Origin: Octopus sinensis
Taxonomy: Eukaryota
Length of the DNA stretch: 64,000 bases
Assembly: GCF_006345805.1 (NCBI RefSeq)
Contig: NC_043007.1
Span: 42,160,001 to 42,224,000, forward strand
Direction: 5' to 3'
The translations under genes were made by a program, and so were the position numbers. The notes under the pieces were generated by a model. That model searched no databases. It was not told where the DNA came from and worked only from the letters and a program-made list of their open reading frames with translations. Numbering within the stretch: position 1 is the first letter of the stretch; each line of letters begins with the position of its first letter. Of this stretch, positions 52,900 to 64,000 are shown piece after piece.

Positions 52900-54330
52900 A
52901 CTACCACGTTATTTTGGGCCGAGAGGGGAGATGCATGACGTTCGATCATATAGTAATATAAATAATATATGTATATGCATATATACATACATACATGTAC
53001 ATACTTACATATATATGTATATGCACATGCATATATGGGTATTGGATGTCAAAAACATAAATAACATGAAAATCCAGAACAAAAACGAACTTTTTTTGTG
53101 AACAACGAAAGAAACAAATATAAAAACAAGACAGGCAACATAAAGAACAATCCGTCCATCAGCTGCCCACTGTTTTATCTACTCCGCATTTCGAGCATTG
53201 GGACAAGATGTGTCTTCATGAAAACAGTTGCTCCTGCAAAGCAAATTAAAATAAAATTTGGGATTTGCGGAGGGTCAAAGTTGGTAACAAAAATAGGACA
53301 GTGAAAACAAATGGTAAGGGTTGTGAAGCCATAACAAGGTGAAGTGGTGAATGCTGGAGAAACAAGCTTTGACAGGAGACAGACAAAAATGTGTGCTATC
53401 CCTGTAGCTGAACGAGAAAAAAGAAAGAAATTCGAGACAGACACTGGTCACATGTGAACAAGAGAGTCAAAGAGGAAGAGTGAGGAAGAAAGAGGGACAG
53501 ATAGAGAACAGTGATGGGGGGGGGGAGAATTAGAGAAAGGATGAGAGAGAAAAAAGGGAGATACAAGGAATATAGAAAGAGGAAGAGAGAGAGAAATATA
53601 GTGATATGTATGTGTATGTATGTGTGTGTGTATGTATGTATGTATATATATGTATGCTTATTGTATTTAACACGCACACACACTTTAATGATGTGATAAG
53701 TAGAGAGAGGAAGAATGAGAGCGGAGAAAATATGAATGCAAAAATTAAATTGTAAAGGGTTCAGGGAAATTTCTTGGTGGGATGGAAAGAAGAAAGGGAA
53801 AATATTTAAGAATACAAAGCTAGTGTTGACCAAAAGTTAGCCAGGAAAAAGGTCTACTAGTGAAAGATTAAATTTTATCTGTGGATAAAAGGGGCTTGTG
53901 GGATCTGTGTCTGTGTCACAGTATAAATTTTCTCTCATGTGTATAGGGGTTAATAATCTCCATTTTGGTATTAAAATATAAATCTGATCTTTGTAAGTTC
54001 CTAGAAATTATGCACTTTTTTGCTATGCAGAGATTGCATCTCTTGATAGGATTCATTTATTGTCTGGATTGTTTGGCAATCTTCCATCTGACGTCAAACA
54101 GTCTCCCATTTTCTTTTCTTTGCCAGATGTAGCTTGTGAACTTTGTGGTATTCTGTATATAAATAATTGAAGTAGAAGGAGCCTGTGGAAGAGAAACCTG
54201 TAGGAAGAATTGCTAAAATTGTCCTTGGGAGCCTGAATGTCATGAAGAAAGTGGCAATGAACTGGAAGAGTATCAAGATGTTGTAGTGGACCAGACTTGA
54301 TCAGTCGGTGCTGGCATTGTTGCACAGATG
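52900..54330 (-). mobile_element. Penelope-like element relic: GIY-YIG endonuclease C-terminus plus 3' region
   Basis: The minus strand at 54330-53916 reads TTKFTSYIWQRKENGRLFDVRWKIAKQS...PIKRCNLCIAKKCII...NTKMEIINPYTHERKFIL*. This resembles the PLE tail LSxYIWxLK...W.I...KRCxLCxxEK...LNKRxE...HxxKFxL. It is followed by a pyrimidine-rich UTR and a hammerhead-like motif. Confidence 0.75.
53169..53228 (-). ncRNA. Degenerate hammerhead-ribozyme-like motif
   Basis: Minus strand ACTGTTTT-CATGAAGA-CACAT..ATGCTC-GAAA-TGCGGAGTA-GAT-AAAACAGT. It has an 8-bp closing helix and a damaged CUGANGA / GAAA core, and lies downstream of the PLE endonuclease fragment. Confidence 0.45.
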
Positions 54331-54399
54331 TAAAATGATAATGCTAGGTTGGGGTGTGTATAAGTGTACATTATTGGCGCTCTGTTAGTTATGATGAAG

Positions 54400-55027
<628 letters not shown>

Positions 55028-57260
55028 TATATAATATATATATATATATATATACACACACATACATATATATATATATATTGTATTGCTCCCACATCTG
55101 CAACAGTGTTGCTTCACACACAAACAGCCTAGATGCATCCAGACAAAGGCCTCTTGACTAATTAGCATAAAATCTCTCACCGACATGGTCCAATCTGTGG
55201 TTTACAATAATGCTTTCTCCTCTCTCTGCCTGTATATTGGCCTTTGTTCATTGGGGCTGTCTGGTCATATTCCTCCTCCATTCAGGAATTCTCAACTCCC
55301 CCGTCTCTCTTCTTTTTGTCACCTATGATGTGTCTAACCTTCTAGGTCCCATGTTAACCACTGTGCTTGGTCCTTCCTGTCCAGGATATCAAACCTCTAT
55401 GTCTTATGTATTGAACCTTCTCTTCACCTATGTCTTACCTCCAGGTATTAACTTGCAATAGTGTATGCAATACATTAGTATCAATCTCACTCATCTCAAA
55501 GGGCCTGCAAAGGTCATGAGTACTGCTCTTTCCTGCAGATTCCACAAAAAATATATGCAGGTTTGTGTCAAGCAGATAACTGTTAACCTTATGCCTATAC
55601 AAGAGATATTTTTAACCTAGTATATTACTTGCTATTATTTACAGCAGTATCCATATCAAGATTCACTATTAAAAGGATATATTTAATATTTTCATGATTC
55701 TTATATATGTCTATAATGTGTGTGTGTGTGTAAGTATGTATTGTGTTCATTTTTAAGGATGTTTTAGACTAGTTTTGCATGGTTCTTAGCCTGGAAAAAT
55801 CTTTTGAAAGCTCTGTACAATACTTCAAATACTAAAGTTCCAAAATGTAATGTTTTATACTTTATTTACTTGTTGTTGTGCATAGTATTACATGAAGGAT
55901 GAAACGGATTTGAAAGCAAGGTTATATTACATAAAAAACTTATATGAAGAAAGTGAACTGAAGTTTTGTGTGCACGCATGTGTATGAGGTAAACTAATTG
56001 GACTATTAAATCAATACTAAAGCTCCATGAAGCTTTTCCAAGTTTGATATTTTTGATACTAAGCGAACATGAAATGGTGGCCTTATGAAGATTACAGACA
56101 GATATCTCTGTTAAAATACTTTATTGATTTTATGTTGTCTGTGTGTATTGTTATAGCTTTATACCTACTTTTTCATGGTGGTATAGATTGGGCAGGACTT
56201 TTTGAGGTGGCTTTACAGACTGGTGTCCTTACAGCTGCCAACCTTTTTTCTAACTTCTTACGCCAATACTAAAATTGTAAACACTGTTCACATGTATCTA
56301 TGTATGTATACATGCATGCAAGTATGTATGTATGTATATGTCTTATTGACACTTGTGTAGCTGTGTGTGTTGGCATGTGTATGAGTGTGTAATTTTCATT
56401 TTCAGGCGATGTGGAACTTAAAAACCCACTCTTTATTTTCCTTTAATCCATATTCAATTGATGATTTGATCCTATAGCAATCTAATTCCTTCAGCAACTC
56501 TCACCTTTTCAAAGAAATATATGGCTTTATACTTACACTTATTAACATTAGCACCATCATTTGTCCATCTTAGTCCATTGAATGACATTCTAAAGAGCTC
56601 CAGATAAATCCAGTTAGATATCAAAGATGTGCAGGACTGTATCACCTAAACCCTTTTTTTTATTTCTTAGCAGAGAAAAGGGTGGTGTCCATGACTCTTT
56701 CTAAAGTATCCAGCAAGTTGATGGTTTTCTCAAACCAGAGAGTTTCTCTGATTGCTTGAAATGGAATTCCACTAAAAGCATCCAAGGAACAGATGGTGAT
56801 GTTAAACCAAGTGATAGATTAAGTTTACACCAGCCACTTAGGCAACGATAGGATTTGAATTCAGAATATATAGATTCTTAATACTTCAAGGCACTGTTCT
56901 TGATACTCTGATGATTCCACCAGTCCACCACCATTTATTATTTTTCATACTTTATTTACTAACCCCAGAAGGATAAAATGCAAAATTAACTTTGGCTAGA
57001 TTTGAACTCAAAATGCAAGAATTTGGAATAAATAATGCAAATCTCTAAATAATTCAATGCTCTAATGGTTTTCCCTATTGACTGTTTCTTGTTAACAGCA
57101 CTTCCCTAGTCATAGATTAGTAAACTAATGACAGCATATTCAAAATGTACCAAACCATGGAGTACCAGATTTAAGAGGTGCAAACTTTTATTATAGTATA
57201 ATGTAGAAGTAAATATAACGGTATGTAAAGTAGTATTCTGTATATCTTACTTTACATGGA

Positions 57261-57432
57261 TATACTTTAGAAAGCCACAAAACTGTGGTATTTATTTTCA
57301 GGAAGCATCTTGTATAGTACTAAAAAGCACAAAAGCATATTAGTAGCTACTGATATACTTTTGTGCTTTTTAGCACTATATGAAATTATTTTTTGGGATG
57401 AATACCACTGCTTTGTGGCTTTCTATAGTATA
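57261..57432. mobile_element. Palindromic MITE-like element
   Basis: Imperfect arms of about 80 bp (tatactttagaaagccacaaa... / ...tttgtggctttctatagtata) surround a self-complementary centre agtagctact. The ends are TA. Confidence 0.75.
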
Positions 57433-59879
57433 TTCATTTCAAGATATATATAGAGTTATAGTTTGAATTAATACTGCTTCCATTGCTAATAATAATAATA
57501 AATGTGTTTTTAATGTGTAGAATGACCCTACAATGATGCACGTGTGTGTGTTTGTGTGAAATACATTCAGAGGATTTTCCACATCTGAGGCAACATTTAA
57601 TTTTTTTAATCAAATTTCTGCCAAACTGATGAGGGAAAAAAAAGAATAAACATCATACATTCACAATAGGTGCTTTACTCTGCACAAAAGTATATTAAGT
57701 ACATATAAAACCAAAAGCATATATGCTGCTTATATATATGAATATTTGCATGTATGTATATATTTTTATATATGTCAGTATATGCGTGTGTGTGTGTGTG
57801 TGTGTGAATGTACATAAGTGTGGCTATGTGGTAAGAAGTTTGCTTCCCAACCACATGGTTCAGTCTCACTGCATGGCACCTTGGGCAAATGTATTCAACC
57901 ATAGCCCCAGGCTGACCAAAGCCTTGTGAGTAGATTTAGTGAAAGAAAATTGAAAAATACTCGTGTGTGTGTGTGTGTGTGTGTGTTAATGTCTCCTTGT
58001 CTTAACATTGTGTGGTAGTTGTAAATGAGTGTCACTGTCATGCAAGCAGTGTAATTTTTTCTCAATATTCTGTGAGAACACATCTGGCCATAGGGAAATT
58101 ATCACCTTGCTTGGAACCAGTTACACGTTGGTGACAGGGAAGGCATGCAGCCATAGAAAATCTGCCTCAGTATAACTCATGCAGGCTTGGAAAAGTGTAT
58201 GTTAAACAACAATGATTGCACATGCACACACACACACACACTCACACACACAAGCATCTCTATTCAGAAAATGTGTAACCAAGTCTGTTTTTCTTCCTAA
58301 ACTGTTGATGCTCACTTTTTCTTAGAGTAACCACTAAGCAACCTCTTCTCATCCATTTGTTCAGATTTCTAGATTCAATGTCGTCTCTTGTCTGTAGTTT
58401 CATATACTTGAAAATGCTTCATTAATTAATAGTGATAATGTTGCTTTTAGCTTGATTAGCTAATTGTGATGTCTTCTACCATATGAAGATAGGTCCTATT
58501 CAATGGAAGTTCTCCATTGTTAAGAATTTTCTCCAGACATAGACATTTTAGCGTTATTATAGTTGTTGTTGTTCTTGTTAGTGTTTGGACTGTCTTCACA
58601 TGTCTTATTGCTGCTTATATTGCTGTTTGTGTGTCATGTGTGAGTATAATGTATTTATTTGTGTATATGTATATGAGTGTACACTATAAATATTTGTACA
58701 TTTGTGTGTGTCTGTTTGTGTGTAAGTATATATACATACTCGTATGTATATACAGACACATGTATGTGCACACACACGCACATGGGAACAAGCATGGCTA
58801 AGTGTTGAAGTTCACGTTGTAATCAATCACATAGCCCTAGATTTGAACCCATTATATTGATATATGGGGCAAGGTTTTGGGTTTTTTTACCACAGCATCT
58901 GATCAGTCTGGGCTTTGAGAATGAACTTGAGTAGACGGGGTAATTGAAAGCCTAACAGAACAATTGTACCTGTGATTCAAAGGACCAGTCTTGTTACATT
59001 CAGTATTGTCCTGATTCTGCCTGAGAATTCCATCCTGGATATGTCTTGTCTATGGAGTACTCAACCATTAACAGTATCATTTAGTGGGTAGGTAGTTTAG
59101 TGGACTGAGTCCTTGAAATACCCAACATTGAAACTGACAGGTATCCAATTAATTTACACACTCATGTACATGTGCCTTTATATGTTTGTATGTATCTGCA
59201 TATATGTTTTGCATGGTGTGTATGTGCATAATGTATCAATATTTGTGTTTTAGTGTGTGTATGTGTGTGTCTATATGTATGTATATGTATATAATATATG
59301 CATTTGTGTGTATGAAATCATATACTCTCCAGCTTGAGTGATTTTTGCTTCTTGTCTCCTAGATACAGATTTTTGTTTTGTTTGTTTTTTAATTTTCCTT
59401 TAAGAAAGTTTGACTTTTTTTATTATTGTTTCTTGATTGAAAATGTCTTGGAGTTTTTCTCTTTTAGACATTATCTGAAAGTTGCCTAGTAACAACCTTA
59501 GTTCTTTGCATTCTTCTACCTTTTAGTCTTTTCATTCTGGCAAATTTCTTTGTCTTCCTTTCTTTCCTTCTTCCTTTTTATCTTTCTTCCTTTTCTTTCT
59601 GTTTCTCTTCCTTTTGTTTCCTTTCTTCCTTTTCTTTCTTTCTTTTCATTTTATTTGTCTTTATCCTTTCTTTGTCTTTTTCTTTCTCTCATTCTCTTCT
59701 TTCTATTTCTCTTTCTCTTCATTTTCTTTGTCATTTTTCTTTTTCACAATATTTTTTCCATTTTTACCTTTCATTCTTTCCATCTTTTACTCTATTCTTT
59801 TTCTTTCCATTTTCTTTTACCTCTCTTTTTCTGTTTTGTTCTTTTTCCTTCCTTCTTCCTTTTCTTTTCTTTCAGTTGT

Positions 59880-60655
59880 TCTTCCTTTCCTCTCCGTCGT
59901 TCTTCCATTCCTCTCCGTTGTTCTTCCATTCCTCTCCGTTGTTCTTCCATTCCTCTCCATCGTTCTTCCATTCCTCTCCATCGTTCTTCCATTCCTCTCC
60001 GTCGTTCTTCCATTCCTCTCCGTCGTTCTTCCATTCCTCTCCGTCATTCTTCCTTTCCTCTCCGTCATTCTTCCTTTCCTCTCCGTCATTCTTCCTTTCC
60101 TCTCCGTCGTCGTTCTTCCTCTCCGTCGTCGTTCTTCCTCTCCGTCGTCGTTCTTCCTCTCCGTCGTCGTTCTTCCTCTCCGTCGTCGTTCTTCCTCTCC
60201 GTCGTCGTTCTTCCTCTCCGTCGTCGTTCTTCCTCTCCGTCGTCGTTCTTCCTCTCCGTCGTCGTTCTTCCTCTCCGTCGTCGTTCTTCCTCTCCGTCGT
60301 CGTTCTTCCTCTCCGTCGTCGTTCTTCCTCTCCGTCGTCGTTCTTCCTCTCCGTCGTCGTTCTTCCTCTCCGTCGTCGTTCTTCCTCTCCGTCGTCGTTC
60401 TTCTCTCCGTCGTCGTTCTTCCTCTCCGTCGTTGTTCTTCCTCTCCGTCGTCGTTCTTCCTCTCCGTCGTCGTTCTTCCTCTCCGTCGTCGTTCTTCCTC
60501 TCCGTCGTCGTTCTTCCTCTCCGTCGTCGTTCTTCCTCTCCGTCGTCGTTCTTCCTCTCCGTCGTCGTTCTTCCTCTCCGTCGTCGTTTTTCCTCTCCGT
60601 CGTCGTTTTTCCTCTCCGTCGTCGTTCTTCCTCTCCGTCGTCGTTCTTCCTCTCT
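59880..60655 (+). repeat. CpG-rich minisatellite with a 21-bp unit grading into the 19-bp unit CTTCCTCTCCGTCGTCGTT
   Basis: Directly visible, embedded in a pyrimidine tract spanning about 59500-60950. Confidence 0.97.
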
Positions 60656-62546
60656 GTCTTTCTCCCTTTATCTTTTCTTTTCTTTCTATCTTCCTTTCCC
60701 TGTTATTTTTCTTTTTTTTTCCCCCATATTCCCTCTCTCTTGCTGTCTCTTTCCTGCCATCTTTCTTTCCTTTTTGTCTTTTCTTCTATCTTTCTATTAT
60801 TTTCATCTTTCTGTTGTCTTTCTCTCTTTTCTTTGACTTTTTCAATCTCCCACTCCTTCCATCTCTAGTCTCTGCTTGTTTGTTTCCTTATGTTTCCTTT
60901 TGGTTTTCATTGTTTATTTTTGGTTTCCTCTTTTCCCCTTCATTTTAGAAGAATTCTTAAACTATTTCTTTATTGCCCACCTCCTTTTCTTCTACATATA
61001 TTTTCAATCAGTCCATCTTTAAACTGAATCATTTGCAAGCTTCTGATGTATCCTCTCATTATCTCTCTCCTAGTATATCTTGCAAGATTATGTTTGTGTA
61101 ATGGTGTGTGTGTGTATATGTGTGTGTGTGTTAGTATTTAACTAACAAGAAAACAATGTGTTATTGCTAAGTGATGTCTGAACTATAATTCTAGTTGTTC
61201 CTTTAACCTCTACTGTAGCAATCACCATTTCTTAGTCTGACTTTTTTCTCTAAAGAGAAAGGTGATAGTGGTGAAGGGGTGTTAATGTTGGCCATGGTAC
61301 TGCTGGTGGTGGCAGCAATAGTTAGAGCAGGCGGAGCATTGGTCTTGGTATTGTGTTTATGATGGTGATTGCAGTGATTCTGATAACATTGGTCTTGAAA
61401 TTAATGGTTATGGATTAAACTGTCGTTAGTATTGGTACTGTTTTCTCGTCCCAGTCAACTCTATTCAAATATGGGCCCATCTGGATTCACTACTTAAAAG
61501 TTGGGTTCAATTTTCAATACTTTTCCTTGTCTATATAGATTACCACTACACTGTTGTTTCCAATCATATGCATGCATTTTTTATCCATACTTGTTATGAG
61601 TCATGAAGGGAACTTTATGCTTTTCTCAGCTTGCTAGAAACAGCAATCAAATTCCCAAAAATCAGATTCTACTCTTAAAAGTGAAAGCACACATATTTTC
61701 TAGATGTACTAAAAGATGGATGACCCAAATAGAGTGCTTTTGATATTGATATACTCAAACAGGACTTTCCCAATGTTAAATAACAACAACTATATACAAA
61801 TGAGTCACATCATGGCAGTCTTTCGCTGCTTCTTGTTTAACTGAGACATGATCTTTACTCAGTTTTAAAAAATTAGTCTTTATCTTTATGATCTCTTTGC
61901 AGCCTGTTGATGCTGCAAAGTAACCTGTATTGTGATCATATAATTGATTCTTAAGACTTGTTGTTGAGATATTAGGGTTACAATATACTAGAAGATTCAA
62001 CACATTACTGAGGGTGCTAGAATTATCAGCTAAATATTCATCAGAGTACATAATGTCTTAAAAGGGCAAGCAGTGTTGTTGAGGTTGCTAATCTTGATGA
62101 AGGAAAGCTATGATCAAGAGTGTTTCAGCCATGACCATAACAAATCACCACCCCCTCCCCCAGGTACCATGTGCCTAGGACTACATTACCAGATGTGCTA
62201 TTCTAGAATGGGTTATGATTCAAAAGAGATTTTGTTGCTATTACTAGTTTGTTTGTCATTACTAGTAGGTTGAGTAACCAACTAGTAATATCAGAAGTTT
62301 AATGTATAACAGACATGTAAAAGTTTTCTTGTTGGCTAGTCATGTTGTTACGACTGCTAGTGGGGTTGTTGCTAAGGCTCTGTTTATTACCTTGGTTCAT
62401 AAGTTTGCATCACAGTCATGAAATCCCAGGTTCTTGAGGAAGTATCTTCTATTGTAGCCTTGGTTTAACCTGAGCCTTGAGCCTGTCAAAAGGACTTGTA
62501 TCTCTAATATAGTAAATAATATATAATTATAGACTGTATCAGTAAT

Positions 62547-63089
62547 TTAACCCTTTAGGATTCTGTCAAATGTAAGAGTAAAAGGTTAAAATCCCCTTCG
62601 GTCACAAATGACCATGGGATTATAGCTAGAAAGTTCCCCTCCAAGGCACAAATCCAGGCAAGGTTGTTTATGGAAAGCCAGCAGTTGCCCATGCATACCA
62701 GCCTCCCCTCTCCACATCACTGATGTTTTCTAAGGGAAAGGCAAAGGCTGATACAGCTTGGCACTAATGATGTTGCAACTCATTTCTACAGCTGAGTGAA
62801 TTGAAGCAACATGAAATAAAATGTCTTGCTCAAGAACACAACACACAGCCTGGTCTGGGAATCGAACTCACAACCTCATGATTGTGAGCCTGATGCTCTA
62901 ATTGCTGAGCTACATACTTTCACTCTGTCAAATGTAATGCTTATTTATTCACATTGTTTAGAATGATGTGCTTGTTTAGTTTTAGAATGACAATGGAGGG
63001 TGGGTGTTAGAGGATGGATCTGGACTGCTTAAAATAAACAGGTAGAATATATGGACCAGATATGACTGGTGTAAATGCTAAAGGGTTAA
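62547..63089. mobile_element. piggyBac-type MITE interrupted by a SINE
   Basis: TTAA-CCCTTTAG...CTAAAGGG-TTAA ends. The internal SINE at 62576-62923 is bounded by the 14-bp duplication tctgtcaaatgtaa. Confidence 0.8.
62576..62923 (-). mobile_element. tRNA-derived SINE (family C) nested in the MITE
   Basis: The minus-strand head has A-box-like tagctcagcaattagagc and B-box-like gagttcgattccc. It is colinear with the copy at 41080-41418 and has a 14-bp TSD. Confidence 0.85.
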
Positions 63090-63299
63090 GGTACAACTCG
63101 GACTTTTAGTGAGTCTTGCTAAGTCTACCAAAGGATTGTGTTAAGGCTACAAATATGTGGAATACTCAGCCACTTAGATTATAATTCAAAGGGATGTAGT
63201 TCTGATGATCAAACAACTGAAATATTGTCAAAATTAATAGAGAATGCATTATTTCATTCAGTTATCTAAATGTACATACTACATAATATAAACACACGT

Positions 63300-63663
63300 A
63301 CACAATCATAGTTGTGGCACATGCCAGTGCCGCCTGACTGGCACCCGTGCCGGTGGCATGTAAAGAGCACCATTTGAGCATGGCCGATGCCAGTACCACC
63401 TGATTGGCACCCGTGAAGGTAGCACCTAAAAAGCACCATTTGAGCATAGTTGATGCCAGTGCCACCTAACTGGCCCCCATGCTGGTGGCACATAAAAAGC
63501 ACCCACTACACTCTTGGAGTGGTTGGCACTAGGAAGGGCATCCAGCTGTAGAAATCTTGCCAGATCAGATTGAAGTCTGGTGCAGCCTCCTAGCTTGCCA
63601 CTCCTCAATCAAACAGTCCGACCTATGCCAGCATGGAAAGTGGACATTAAATGATGATGATGA
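63300..63663 (+). mobile_element. 3'-UTR fragment of the RTE-type LINE with a (GAT)n tail
   Basis: Reverse complement of 627-950. It ends gcatggaaagtggacattaaatgatgatgatgat. Shorter tails of this family occur near 19490, 23760, 27600, 29800, 36195, 40490 and 58150. Confidence 0.85.
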
Positions 63664-64000
63664 TATACACATATACACATTTGTAGTGAAGTTTATAGAA
63701 AGACGGGAAATCAGCTATTTCAAGCTGTCCCTTCACTGAAAATGAAGAAAGAAATTTTTGAGGTTTTGTCATTTGAAAACAATAAACAAGAATTTATTCA
63801 TTATTTATTTATTTGTTCTCTGTCAGTTAAAGGGATAACTCCAGAATATTAGATTTCTCTTCCTGCAGCATACAAACTTATCCAGACTCACTACTAATGT
63901 TACATTGGTTTCTACAAGTTGCCTTGAATTTAATGTTCATACATACACAATAGATCAAGCATAGGTGTGTGGTTAAGAAGCGTGCTTCCCAACCACATAG

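Noticed and set aside
59550-60948. Three overlapping ORFs of about 400 aa (LRRRSSSPSSFF repeats)
   Set aside because: All frames are open because the pyrimidine tract and minisatellite lack stops. There is no protein-like complexity.

Overview
This is AT-rich, repeat-dense animal genomic DNA. The SINE, LINE and microsatellite landscape looks like a coleoid cephalopod (Octopus-like), which is an inference from pattern recognition. The window is almost entirely intronic sequence of a + strand PACS (phosphofurin acidic cluster sorting protein, PACS1/PACS2 homolog) gene. Two coding exons are clear: 38986-39073 (88 nt, (R)LCSLTLTRLVVQKPLENDLTSIIIAVKMQ) and 49331-49420 (90 nt, [30 protein letters not shown]). 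The canonical first exon and the next exon (YPHFLKR...) were not found in the window. Two further splice-competent segments are in phase with the 88-nt exon: a 15-nt microexon at 30793-30807 and an exon ending at 2780. The rest is decayed mobile DNA and tandem repeats: a full-length dead mariner, a maT-like relic, an RTE-type LINE with a PHD-like finger inside its RT, a CR1/Jockey-type RT relic, a Penelope-like relic with a hammerhead-like motif, piggyBac-type MITEs, fold-back elements, many tRNA-derived SINEs and several satellites. There are no prokaryotic features and no CRISPR array. Almost all long ORFs in the supplied track are microsatellite artefacts. I see no convincing novel multi-gene system; the best leads concern RNA processing and retroelement RNA structures.
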